64,000 nt of DNA from positions 1-64,000 of IMG/VR virus record IMGVR_UViG_3300035562_000079, one strand, 5' to 3'. The notes beneath the pieces are model-generated. The model worked only from the letters and a program-made list of their open reading frames with translations. It was not told the origin of the DNA and did no database searches. Below, piece by piece: positions 55,336 to 64,000 of the stretch (positions are counted from its first letter, which is position 1; every line of letters begins with the position of its first letter). Both the position numbers and the translations under genes were made by a program. Source of the DNA: a virus (taxonomy: Duplodnaviria > Caudoviricetes).

Positions 55336-56370
55336 TTAATCCTTTGTTCTTGTTCCATTTTCCATTAGGTCAAGCATTGCTCCTCTTTGTGCCTCGATAT
55401 GTCGGATATATCCCATCAATGTTTCTGTTTTCGTCCATGTCCCTTCCTGCATGATTTGTGGAACGCTGTAACCTGCGGCGGCCATGTCTTGTGCAGCCCC
55501 AACACGTGCGCTATGACCAGTCCAGCATGTATATCGATCCTTATTGCCTTTTCTGTCGCTTTTCCCGAGTGATGCCCAAGCATCAGAAAATATCTTTTCG
55601 ATGGCCGGTGCGCTCAGCGGGGTTGAGGTGTTAATGATAGCCTTGTTTGTTCTGTGTATACGACAAAACAGGAATGCATCAGGGTGATCAGAAAGTCCGG
55701 CGGCATTTATCCAGGAAGTAAGGCGCTCGCTAGACAAGGCGCTGAGTGATTTTGTAACCCCACCAGCCTTCAATATCGTCTTCGTGTACGCTACGTTCAG
55801 GATGATCCGGCCATCCTCCGCGCGCTCAATATCACGAACGCGAAGGCGTCCTATTTCACTCATACGAAGCAAGGTGCTGTACGCAACGTGAAGGAAAGCA
55901 AGATTACGAGTGAGCGCAACACGCTGCGAGTCTGCCCAAATGGAATCTATATTGAGAAGATCCTCGCGGCGAAACGGCACAGCCTGACCTGTCCGCTCAC
56001 CAGAAACGAGCGCGGAACGCCGCGTTAACCTCATCGCCCTCGCAATCGTCGGAGAGCTTGTGGGAGATACCACTTGCGCCTGGCGGTGCAACATCGAAAT
56101 CAGTGATACATGAACCTCGATTGAACCGACCGATAGACCGGAGTCTTCCAAATGTGAAATATAGTCACGTAGATCCGCACTTTTCATAGGAAAAAAAGTC
56201 CGCCCCTCTTTCTCAGACCACGCCGCAACAATACGCATGACGCTAATTAACTGCGCCCAGGTGTTCGTAGAGAAGGCACCTTTATCACGAACGAACTCAC
56301 GCAGACGTTGAGAAATATCGTCTTGAGCACCAACTGCTACCAATGAATTCAGGTCTGTAACGCCGCTCAT
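55336..56370 (-). CDS. Cre/Dre-like tyrosine recombinase
   Basis: 344 aa; GERTGQAVP, LLRMSEI (Arg), TKT (Lys), WTGHSARVGAAQDM (HxxR), GTW and LMGY (Tyr). Confidence 0.93.
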   Translation of the reverse strand: MSGVTDLNSLVAVGAQDDISQRLREFVRDKGAFSTNTWAQLISVMRIVAAWSEKEGRTFFPMKSADLRDYISHLEDSGLSVGSIEVHVSLISMLHRQAQVVSPTSSPTIARAMRLTRRSALVSGERTGQAVPFRREDLLNIDSIWADSQRVALTRNLAFLHVAYSTLLRMSEIGRLRVRDIERAEDGRIILNVAYTKTILKAGGVTKSLSALSSERLTSWINAAGLSDHPDAFLFCRIHRTNKAIINTSTPLSAPAIEKIFSDAWASLGKSDRKGNKDRYTCWTGHSARVGAAQDMAAAGYSVPQIMQEGTWTKTETLMGYIRHIEAQRGAMLDLMENGTRTKD

Positions 56371-56719
56371 AATTTAATAGCCCTTAAATTTACACTTGGT
56401 AGCGCTACGTGAAAAATATTAAATCAACAAGGGTAATCCCTGTCAGATTTTTTGTAGCGTTACCTATTTTTGTGTTGCTACTTTTTCAGTCCGGTGCCGG
56501 TAACCATCAAACAAGTGCTCCACCAATGAATTACACGCCTCTAACCCTGACAGTGATTAGGACGTCACTTTTAGCGATTTTCTGTCACGCGGGACGTTGT
56601 GAACAATTTGTGAACACTCCCACCAAGGAGCGCAGTCAACTCATAGGTCAGTGACACAGAAAATATTTTCTAATGCGGATGTGTTGCGATCACCCCACTA
56701 CCACTTTTGTGAAACCTTC

Positions 56720-56751
56720 TAACTTTATATAAGTCCCATTATATAAAGTTA
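56720..56751. other. lox/rox-like recombination site
   Basis: TAACTTTATATAA-gtccca-TTATATAAAGTTA, perfect 13-bp arms and asymmetric core, 350 bp upstream of the recombinase. Confidence 0.92.
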
Positions 56752-56997
56752 TGGCGAAGGAGTACAGATCCGGCTTAATTTGACTTAAGAGTCCTTCTTT
56801 TGGGGGGTAAGCTGATTTTGTGAAGCGTGACTCAGATAATCCAATCTATTTGTTATAAACGGCGAATAGTAACAACGTTTTTAATGCGTAAAAGTAGCGT
56901 TTTCATTTGTTATAATTTGTAATGGACAGCGATCTAAAACCAGATAAAATAGCGCCGATGTGAAAAACTAACTGACTATTATTGTAAAGGGAGTTTC

Positions 56998-57204
56998 GTG
57001 AGTTCTTTAACCTCGCCCGACGATGAGCAGATATTGCAGTCGGCTAAGCATAACTTTATTAGCAGTAGGTCTTCTTCTTTCATCGCGGAAATGATGTGTA
57101 TATTAAGTGCTGAATTTCCGAGTTCTTGTGTGCAGGAGGCACATCGCAGAATCAAAGCTCTTACCAACATTCATAATGCGCATTCAAATAGTTTTAGTGG
57201 TTAA
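56998..57204 (+). CDS. Small protein in the coi position upstream of c1
   Basis: 68 aa, GGGAG RBS, near-match operator at 56968-56982. Confidence 0.5.
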   Translation: MSSLTSPDDEQILQSAKHNFISSRSSSFIAEMMCILSAEFPSSCVQEAHRRIKALTNIHNAHSNSFSG

Positions 57205-57420
57205 TTTTTAAAATTTATTTGGCGTCTATGGCCCCTTGTAGGGGTCGCTAACCCCTCCAGCAAACTGAACCCATCCGACCACTCCCGTAGCGATTTGCAG
57301 CCCTCTATGGGGGTGTGTAGGTGCGGAATTCTCTTAAATAGCCACCTATCTCTACGATCCAACAAAAAACATTCTCAATTCGTGTTGAAACGTATTAAAA
57401 TAAAAAGTGTGTCTGTTTAT

Positions 57421-57435
57421 CTAATAGATAATTAG
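57421..57435. promoter_or_regulatory. Repressor operator upstream of c1
   Basis: CTAATagataATTAG; ATCTAATAGATAATTAG is identical to the copy at 6762. Confidence 0.7.
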
Positions 57436-57481
57436 AATTTTTAGATGTATCCAGAATGGATTGTGCAGCGTTAATTAACGT

Positions 57482-58450
57482 ATGGGAATGAATAATAGAA
57501 TGAATACTGCCCTGTTCGATACCGCGTTTAAAGCCTTTAAGGAAGTACGGAGGGAGTGGATTCAGATTTTACAGCGCTATGCCGTGTACATTAACGACAC
57601 CGGAGACGGCGTGCAACGGCCTGTGGCGGTGATCAATGATCCTGAGATAATGGCGCGCCTGCGTCATTTACAGCTTGAATGGGAGCGTTTTTACCTCCTG
57701 GCTGAATCTCGCCGTCTTAAAAAGCTGTCGCCGCTCCCGGTTTCGCTGTATTCGCCGGTGCCGGTTATCGCAACGAGCGGTGATCTGGCGGCTGTCATTG
57801 TCACCCAGGCGGCCAATACCATGAAGTGGCACAGGGATAAGGTAATCATGTCCCTAGAAAAGAAACTAGCTCAACATATGAAAATGCGCCGGTTGGTAGA
57901 GTCTGGTGCATTACCACAGAATGAACTGCCTTTAATTAATGCGACCATCGCCGTATATGAGGCTGATTTGGAGCGCTTCAACGCAATGCCTGAAGGCACT
58001 ATGCTTGTTCGCCGGCAAAGCGGTTATACCGACGTTATCGTAAAAATTAAGAATGAGGCTTCACAAGATGAGGTGTCGACTCTGAGTTCTATCTTTGATG
58101 GGTTCGTGGAAACGGAGGTTATCCGTGTTGGCGCCTATGGCTGCGTTATCGATGGCTCTAAGTTGAAATACGAGCCTGTCATTGACGACAAAACAACGGC
58201 GGAGACTCGCCGTAATGTTTATGCCAACGTTACGCCAGTACCGTGCGCGCTGATGAGTTCTAATGCCTCGTTATATCTGCTAGATGACGTTAATCGTGCT
58301 AAAGCAGAAGCGAAACAAGCTGCGCTGGATGAGCGGCGCAAAACAAGCCGCCATGTAATGCGGGCCTCTCGCGGCCATACAGATGATGTCGCAGAAGAAA
58401 AGAAGCCACTTCGCACGCGGATCTCAAGCAAAGCCGTCCCGAAAAATTGA
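57482..58450 (+). CDS. c1: C1-like primary repressor
   Basis: DGVQRPVAV, LYSPVP and SGYTD segments recall P1 C1; convergent with pacB and near the lox-like site as in P1. Confidence 0.75.
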   Translation: MGMNNRMNTALFDTAFKAFKEVRREWIQILQRYAVYINDTGDGVQRPVAVINDPEIMARLRHLQLEWERFYLLAESRRLKKLSPLPVSLYSPVPVIATSGDLAAVIVTQAANTMKWHRDKVIMSLEKKLAQHMKMRRLVESGALPQNELPLINATIAVYEADLERFNAMPEGTMLVRRQSGYTDVIVKIKNEASQDEVSTLSSIFDGFVETEVIRVGAYGCVIDGSKLKYEPVIDDKTTAETRRNVYANVTPVPCALMSSNASLYLLDDVNRAKAEAKQAALDERRKTSRHVMRASRGHTDDVAEEKKPLRTRISSKAVPKN

Positions 58451-58488
58451 CGCACACACCCTTCCATTTAAATGCTGCGAGGAAGAGG

Positions 58489-60006
58489 CTACGCTGCCCC
58501 TTCCTCTGCATCATCAAAGTCATCCAGGTATTTCAACGCGTCCACTCGTACATTTTCCCTATCGAAACCAACGTCATCATTTGCGGCTACAAAGTCCACC
58601 AGCATCGAGAAGCAATACGTATCCCATAGATCTGGTGATTTGATATTAAGCTTCTGCCGCATTACGGTTTTCTTCATGATTACGTTCTGTCCCATCTCAT
58701 TTATATCGACAGGGATTTTACTAGCTTGCTCAGCTGTTTTAGGGTTCGCATCAAGGCGCATACGACCGGACTTAATCGCATCCCTTGCCATTATGTTGGC
58801 AAAAGCGCGCTGGTTGGCGAATCGTTGTTTATCGTCGCGGGAGTGCATTGGCTTACCCCAATTTATACGAACAACAGGCACACCAAGGGACTCTAGTTCC
58901 CTCACTGTTGCATCGCCAATGCCGTCGGCATCAACGGCTATTGTTATGTTGGGGAACTTCTCTTGAGTGCATTCCTGAAAGATATAGTGAGCAAATTTGA
59001 CGGGGTGACAGTCGCCGGCCATCTCCATTACCAAGAACGGAACAACTCGCCTTGTGTGGCGCCGGCCGGACACCCTGAAAATACTCAACACTGATTTGTC
59101 ACGGCCGTTACCAACGTCACAACACGCAACCCAACCCCAGCCTTTATGCAGACGTACTTTCCGCCTTGCTGCCCGTTCGCACTCATCACGTCCCAGGAGG
59201 AAGCCATGAGCATTTTTAGGGAACAGGCCTAATACTTTAATTTGATACTCGGGGTTGTCACGACCACCGTACTCCAACAGCTTACTGCGTATGAACTTCT
59301 CATTTACCCACGGGGATTCTTCTGAGTTGAGCGTAATAGCTGTAAAGTCACCCCTTGGGTTTTCCTTAGAGCGCGCAAGCTTGTGATGGGAGTCGTAGAA
59401 ATAGCCACTTGGTCGAGTTGGCTGGGATATCAGTAATAGTCGGTTATCGTCCTCTGTCAGTGCGCCAGTGATGATACCGAAAGCTTTGTCGTTAACACCT
59501 GACGCTTCATCGATGATGTAAAATAGGTGTTTAGCGTGTTCGCCTGCAAGCGCCTCTTCATTACCACGTCGGAAGCCCTTTGGAATGACTGTCCAGCTGC
59601 CTTTATTGGCGATCTCATAGAAAGACGTATCAGTGATTACAAAGTAGTTCTGGAGCCACGGTTGACGGCGAACGCACTCGTTCCAGTTTTGCTTTATATA
59701 TTTGAAAATACCGGTCATTACCTGTTGGATCTTGTTCGCAACGATAATGACGCGCGCACCTGGGTAAAACATCAGGTAGCACAGGATCATGATAGAGGTC
59801 ATGTCCGATTTACCAGTACCATGCCCCGATGCAACAGTGGTGCGGCTACCAGTATCTTGGGCGGCGTTGATAATCTCTTCCTGTTGCCAGCTGGGGATCT
59901 TACCGAACAGCTCCACGGCTGCCAGGCTCCAGTCATAGCGATAGCGGATTACCATATCCCGCCAGCGGGGGTCTGTTGTGACCGAGCGTATCGTTTTACG
60001 CGCCAT
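58489..60006 (-). CDS. pacB: Terminase large subunit PacB
   Basis: Walker A SGHGTGKS, Walker B YIIDEASG, nuclease DVG and SPDLWD; likely start 60006. Confidence 0.93.
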   Translation of the reverse strand: MARKTIRSVTTDPRWRDMVIRYRYDWSLAAVELFGKIPSWQQEEIINAAQDTGSRTTVASGHGTGKSDMTSIMILCYLMFYPGARVIIVANKIQQVMTGIFKYIKQNWNECVRRQPWLQNYFVITDTSFYEIANKGSWTVIPKGFRRGNEEALAGEHAKHLFYIIDEASGVNDKAFGIITGALTEDDNRLLLISQPTRPSGYFYDSHHKLARSKENPRGDFTAITLNSEESPWVNEKFIRSKLLEYGGRDNPEYQIKVLGLFPKNAHGFLLGRDECERAARRKVRLHKGWGWVACCDVGNGRDKSVLSIFRVSGRRHTRRVVPFLVMEMAGDCHPVKFAHYIFQECTQEKFPNITIAVDADGIGDATVRELESLGVPVVRINWGKPMHSRDDKQRFANQRAFANIMARDAIKSGRMRLDANPKTAEQASKIPVDINEMGQNVIMKKTVMRQKLNIKSPDLWDTYCFSMLVDFVAANDDVGFDRENVRVDALKYLDDFDDAEEGAA

Positions 60007-61243
60007 CTCTTGCCCCTCCTGGCCCATATAACTCATCGTCGGTTAGTTCGTCATCAAACTCCTCGTCAGACTCAAATTCACTACTGATAAACTCGCCTTC
60101 GCGTCCATCTCCATCGGCGTCAATATCTCCGTAACTACCTTCATCAACGATCTGCGCAACCATTGCTCGCCGTTCTGCAATAAAGTCCTCTTTACCCTCC
60201 CTCATAGCCTTATGCTTTCTTGCTTCTGCATCGATTTGTTCATCATCAACGGTACTTGTATTGTCATCAGGCTCAGGTGGCTTGGTGGCCTCTATACGGG
60301 CTTGCTGCATCAAATGAGGTGGAACTATGCCTCCGTTTGCTTCGATGAACTCTGCCGTCTCCTGATAGCTCCAGTCGTGTTCCTTTTGCTGTTCATAGGC
60401 CACCGCAATCAGATTCAGAGTTTCCATTTTGATGCTGTGGGCCTCTTCCTCTCTGCGCGACTTCAACATCACTGAACGTAGTGCACTCATCGATTTGGCT
60501 GTTTCACCGATCCCTACACTGACATTGAGTAGCATCTGTAGCGTTTTGTGTACCGGGTGCGTGCCTCCTTCATCTGGTTTGAAATCGCCAGCCTCCTCGT
60601 CTAACCGGTCGAGACTACGATTGCGAGCGCGCTCCATGAGCTTTAAGTGGGAATAGACCATTGCAATTGAGCGAGCTTCTAGGGTGTTAATGAAGTTTGG
60701 ATCTCGCATTTCCTCCAGGGTGTCTTCTACATCCTGGGGGCGAGGCGTTGCATAACGGCCATGAATAATGCACTCCTCGTTCATGTGTCCAAAGCGACGG
60801 CCGCCCCGCGCTTTAGGCACATGAAGCAGGGCCGCATCGTCCACCCCGTTCTCCGCCGGGAAAGTGATCTTTTTGTCGCTTGCATGATCACGTGCTTTTC
60901 GTGATCTCTTATGGTCTGCCGCCTCAGCGCTAAATCGTGCTTCACCAGAGCTGGTGCGGGTTCGTCGCACATTTTTGGGGGCAGTGATCACGTGATCACT
61001 TTCGCTCCCGATAGGATGATCACTTGAACGATCACGTTTGTGATCACCTTTAGAGGCCTTTCCTGCTGGCGCTTTCTTTGGTTTATTCTTTGGAGCTGGC
61101 TGCGACTGGTCTGCCGACCTCTTTTTCAGCTCCCTACGGGCCGTATTTGCGTTCAAGCCGTGGGCTTCAGCATATTCCTTGACTGTGATCCCTCGCTCAT
61201 TTTGGAGCGCGGCAAATCTTTCTCTGTGCTCATCCCAGGTCAT
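59996..61243 (-). CDS. pacA: Terminase small subunit PacA
   Basis: N-terminal HTH ([19 protein letters not shown]), HGRYA motif, overlaps pacB. Confidence 0.88.
   Translation of the reverse strand: MTWDEHRERFAALQNERGITVKEYAEAHGLNANTARRELKKRSADQSQPAPKNKPKKAPAGKASKGDHKRDRSSDHPIGSESDHVITAPKNVRRTRTSSGEARFSAEAADHKRSRKARDHASDKKITFPAENGVDDAALLHVPKARGGRRFGHMNEECIIHGRYATPRPQDVEDTLEEMRDPNFINTLEARSIAMVYSHLKLMERARNRSLDRLDEEAGDFKPDEGGTHPVHKTLQMLLNVSVGIGETAKSMSALRSVMLKSRREEEAHSIKMETLNLIAVAYEQQKEHDWSYQETAEFIEANGGIVPPHLMQQARIEATKPPEPDDNTSTVDDEQIDAEARKHKAMREGKEDFIAERRAMVAQIVDEGSYGDIDADGDGREGEFISSEFESDEEFDDELTDDELYGPGGARDGA
60864..61047. other. pac site inside pacA
   Basis: Eight GATC sites, mostly TGATCA/T, in clusters of 3 (60866, 60886, 60903) and 5 (60986, 60994, 61018, 61030, 61042) around a 79-bp gap. 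Confidence 0.8.
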
Positions 61244-61283
61244 TCGATGCTACTCAGTGGCCTAATTTCAGTACGTGCAACGC

Positions 61284-61302
61284 GGTATATCAAAAGTGAG
61301 TA
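61284..61302 (-). promoter_or_regulatory. Late promoter for pacA-pacB
   Basis: Minus strand TACTCACTT-ttga-TATACC. Confidence 0.6.
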
Positions 61303-61449
61303 ATGAAGCTGGCATTTTTAGATTTATCATGTTTTTGAAATCATTAATTAACCATTTGCAATCAAATATCATCTCTTTGCTTGAATGGAAGATCGCAGTG
61401 AGATAATCTCTCACCGTGTTTTACCTAACAGAGAAAAAGGCGAAAAAAA

Positions 61450-62553
61450 ATGAGCAAAAACAAACCAGTTTATGTGGCTTTAGACTGTGGCTCTGGCAAT
61501 GTTGCTACCGTAATGGAGAATAAGGGCGAGGTTCAGATTCGTGTAACTCCATCGTTTGTAGCGAGAGTGCTGGGACAGGCGAAAGAAAGCGACTCGAAGA
61601 CTAACTGGGTTACCACGGGTGCCAGCGGCGAACTGGAAACCTATGCTGTGATGAATAAGGCTATCGGCGCCATTGATACCCGGACACCCGATTATCAACT
61701 GAGCGCGGCTTGTCGTGTGCTTGTAGTTAATGCTTTGGCACAGCTCAAACTTGGCGGCCGCAAAGTAGTGATCGCTGACACCTTGCCGGCAGACCAGTAT
61801 TACGATGATAACAACGCCATAAACCGCCAGCAGATCGAGCTGAAGAGAAATTCCTTGATGACCGCGGTAACCAACGCCACCAGCGAAATTGCTTCACCTG
61901 ACATCGTGTGTGTTGAAATCATGCCGGAAGCCGTGACCGCATATAATGCAGCCCTATACACCCAGGATGGGCAAGATAACCCGTTCCTGATTGGTGCCAA
62001 GGATGTAGCCATTATCGATATTGGTCGCTATACCTGCGATATCGCACACTTGGATTGTGACAACCATACCCTGTTCTCACGTGGCACAACCCCTCGCGGT
62101 GTTCATATCATGCTGGAAGCGGTCAAAATGCAGATGATTGACCAGGCAGAAACGATCGGTATCCCTGTGGAGAAAGTTCGCGTGATGACGCTCGATGACA
62201 TCGACTCCATTGTCCGCAAGGGCTACTACGGTTCGAGCATTGAAGCCTTGAAAGATAAACGGGTGTATCTTGACCATATCATCTCGGCTGCGGCAGCAAG
62301 CTTCGCAAGTGAAATCAACTATGCTCTCAAAACCATTGTTAAGTCACTTGGCAGCATCGATGCGCTGATTATTGTTGGCGGCGGCGCATACTATATTGGT
62401 GGCCTGCTTCGAGAAATGCCTAACTTTGTTGCGGATTGGCATGATAACGTTGTGATACCCCACCAGCCGGAAACTGCGGTCGCACGTGGTGCATACCTTG
62501 CCCTATTGGCCCGGCATGATGTGGAAGATCAAACAACTGAAATTGAGGCTTAA
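61450..62553 (+). CDS. parM: ParM/StbA actin-like partition ATPase
   Basis: LDCGSGN, PEAV.A, IDIGRYTCD and VGGGA actin-fold motifs. Confidence 0.9.
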   Translation: MSKNKPVYVALDCGSGNVATVMENKGEVQIRVTPSFVARVLGQAKESDSKTNWVTTGASGELETYAVMNKAIGAIDTRTPDYQLSAACRVLVVNALAQLKLGGRKVVIADTLPADQYYDDNNAINRQQIELKRNSLMTAVTNATSEIASPDIVCVEIMPEAVTAYNAALYTQDGQDNPFLIGAKDVAIIDIGRYTCDIAHLDCDNHTLFSRGTTPRGVHIMLEAVKMQMIDQAETIGIPVEKVRVMTLDDIDSIVRKGYYGSSIEALKDKRVYLDHIISAAAASFASEINYALKTIVKSLGSIDALIIVGGGAYYIGGLLREMPNFVADWHDNVVIPHQPETAVARGAYLALLARHDVEDQTTEIEA

Positions 62554-62555
62554 TT

Positions 62556-63035
62556 ATGGCTGAAAACAAACGCCGTCTACTTCAGCTTAATCTGGATAAA
62601 GTTGCAGCTCACAGCTATTTTGGAAAACGCTTTGTCGATAAGCACCAAAAGACTGATGCTCTGGTATCCCGGCAGGCACTGCTGTTCAACTCGATCAGCA
62701 TCGGCAATATGATTATCGAAAGCGGTTTGGATAGCGCCTTTAAAGCCCTGGATAATGCGACGTTTGCGAACGCCAGTAAGGCTGATCGAGCCGAAATGAT
62801 TCTTCGAGCGTTGGAGCTATTTAGCGGAGTTAAAACCACCAGCGGCAAAGCTTCTCAGCAACCCCCTGAGCCGTCAGTGCAAAGGGTTGTTGAGTCAGGG
62901 CCACCAGCAGTGAAAGCTGAAGACAAGCCCGTGGATCAGACACCTGAAGCGCCGGCTGAAGAATACAGTGACAGCGCCGAAACCACAAAAATGTCATTGC
63001 CGTTAAAACGTGATAAAGCCCGAACGTTTAGCTAA
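62556..63035 (+). CDS. ParR-like adaptor
   Basis: Directly after parM; ordered N-terminus and disordered Pro/Glu-rich C-terminus. Confidence 0.6.
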   Translation: MAENKRRLLQLNLDKVAAHSYFGKRFVDKHQKTDALVSRQALLFNSISIGNMIIESGLDSAFKALDNATFANASKADRAEMILRALELFSGVKTTSGKASQQPPEPSVQRVVESGPPAVKAEDKPVDQTPEAPAEEYSDSAETTKMSLPLKRDKARTFS

Positions 63036-63410
63036 TAGGCTGTGAAATAACTCCCTTCCAAAAGCCATCGCACTCAGCATGGCTTTTTCCTTTGCATCGC
63101 CCCTGAGTGTTTCCTTGATGATGGTAGTGGATAGGTCGGTGCGTCTACCATTGCGGAACTTGAAGTAATGGCTGCTGATAGCTTTCAAGTGGAAAGTTCG
63201 CGGCCGGATCTCGTCATAAAGCACGCAATCCGCCTGGTTGGAACGGTAGAAACCTTTCAACCGTATATAGATGTCATTTTTTTCTATGAGGAGGCCTGGA
63301 TATGCTTTCTGGAGAAGAATAGTTAGCTCGGGGGCTGAGACAGGCCTATTTAGTCTCAACATAAAATCTGCGACTTCTGCACTGTTGATGCGTGGGCGAT
63401 TTTCCTGCAT
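63003..63410 (-). CDS. lpa: Late promoter activator Lpa-like
   Basis: EVADFML...ELTILLQKAYPGL...LKGFYRS..A.C pattern recalls P1 Lpa; upstream of pacA on the same strand; likely start 63410. Confidence 0.6.
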   Translation of the reverse strand: MQENRPRINSAEVADFMLRLNRPVSAPELTILLQKAYPGLLIEKNDIYIRLKGFYRSNQADCVLYDEIRPRTFHLKAISSHYFKFRNGRRTDLSTTIIKETLRGDAKEKAMLSAMAFGRELFHSLLAKRSGFITF

Positions 63411-63688
63411 TGCGTCCTTCACTCTGCTGTGTTGCGTAAAACTAATTAAAGCATTCGGGACGATAATAGCTGGAGAACAATGACCTTTCAAATGCGCTAT
63501 TGAGCCGGAAAACTCACAAGTGCTAAGGCGGGCGAGGTTTCTCCTGTTAATGCATTACTAATTAACTAATTATTTTAGACCGCTTCGTAAGCCATCTTCA
63601 TTTTTTAGTACAATGTTCTGTTTTCAGCTAAAAATGACATAGTGACTTACACGGCACACAACTGTCGGGATTTACCAATTCTATTTAA

Positions 63689-63703
63689 CTAACAGGATGT
63701 TAG
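63689..63703. promoter_or_regulatory. Operator variant CTAAC-N5-GTTAG
   Basis: CTAACaggatGTTAG upstream of ORF 63779. Confidence 0.55.
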
Positions 63704-63778
63704 ACCAAACCCACAAAACCAATTCCCATCATGGTAAAATTGGAATCCAGCGGCGCCCTTTTAATAACCGGAGAAAAC

Positions 63779-64000
63779 ATGGCTATATATAACGGCTTGC
63801 AGTTCAGAACGAGACTTGAGGCCCGCTGGGCGGCATTCTTTGATTTGGCTGGATGGGAATGGCACGTAAACCCTGTAGCAGTTGATGATTGGGCGCCAGA
63901 TTTCCGCGTCACTTTCCCTTGTAGGCACTCCGAATGTGCCGGGACGCACACCTTACTCGTTGCTATCGTCCCTTCGTCAAATATTGACGATATCAAATCA
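63779..64000 (+). CDS. PD-(D/E)XK-like nuclease, partial (runs off the right edge)
   Basis: Hand translation MAIYNGLQFRTRLEARWAAFFDLAGWEWHVNPVAVDDWAPDFRV; GGAG RBS. Confidence 0.7.
   Translation, partial: MAIYNGLQFRTRLEARWAAFFDLAGWEWHVNPVAVDDWAPDFRVTFPCRHSECAGTHTLLVAIVPSSNIDDIKS

Noticed and set aside
63511-63529. Late-promoter-like AACTCACAA-gtgc-TAAGGC
   Set aside because: Lacks the usual final T of the -10 element and the nearest downstream gene is 250 bp away behind an operator; left uncalled.
1-64000. tRNA genes, IS elements, retron or DGR reverse transcriptase
   Set aside because: No cloverleaf, transposase or reverse transcriptase motifs recognised by eye; tRNAscan-SE and HMM searches would be needed to exclude them fully.

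Overview
The whole window is part of a divergent P1/D6-like phage-plasmid (temperate myovirus kept as a plasmid) of an enterobacterium. The tail-fibre repeats resemble Serratia-type fibres, but the host is not provable from sequence. Head and antirestriction genes: darB 5' part, portal, protease, ddrB/ddrA/darA/hdf, major capsid. Also present are a full contractile tail module, lysis genes, lytic RepL, an iteron plasmid replicon (RepA, oriR- and incA-like iterons), ParM/ParR partitioning, pacA/pacB with an internal GATC-rich pac site, a C1-like repressor, Lpa, Ref, Dam, RdgC, UmuDC and two toxin-antitoxin pairs. Highlights read directly from the sequence: (1) a late-expressed, catalytically degenerate paralogue of the terminase ATPase domain; (2) a Cre/Dre-type recombinase with its own rox-like 32-bp site; (3) a CTAAY-N5-RTTAG operator before early genes, plus a second DicA-like repressor; (4) ten AACTCACTT-N4-TANNNT late promoters; (5) a candidate +1 frameshift in the tail chaperone; (6) shared capsid-targeting and protease-cleavage motifs. 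Gene names rest on synteny and recalled similarity to P1 proteins, not on database searches.
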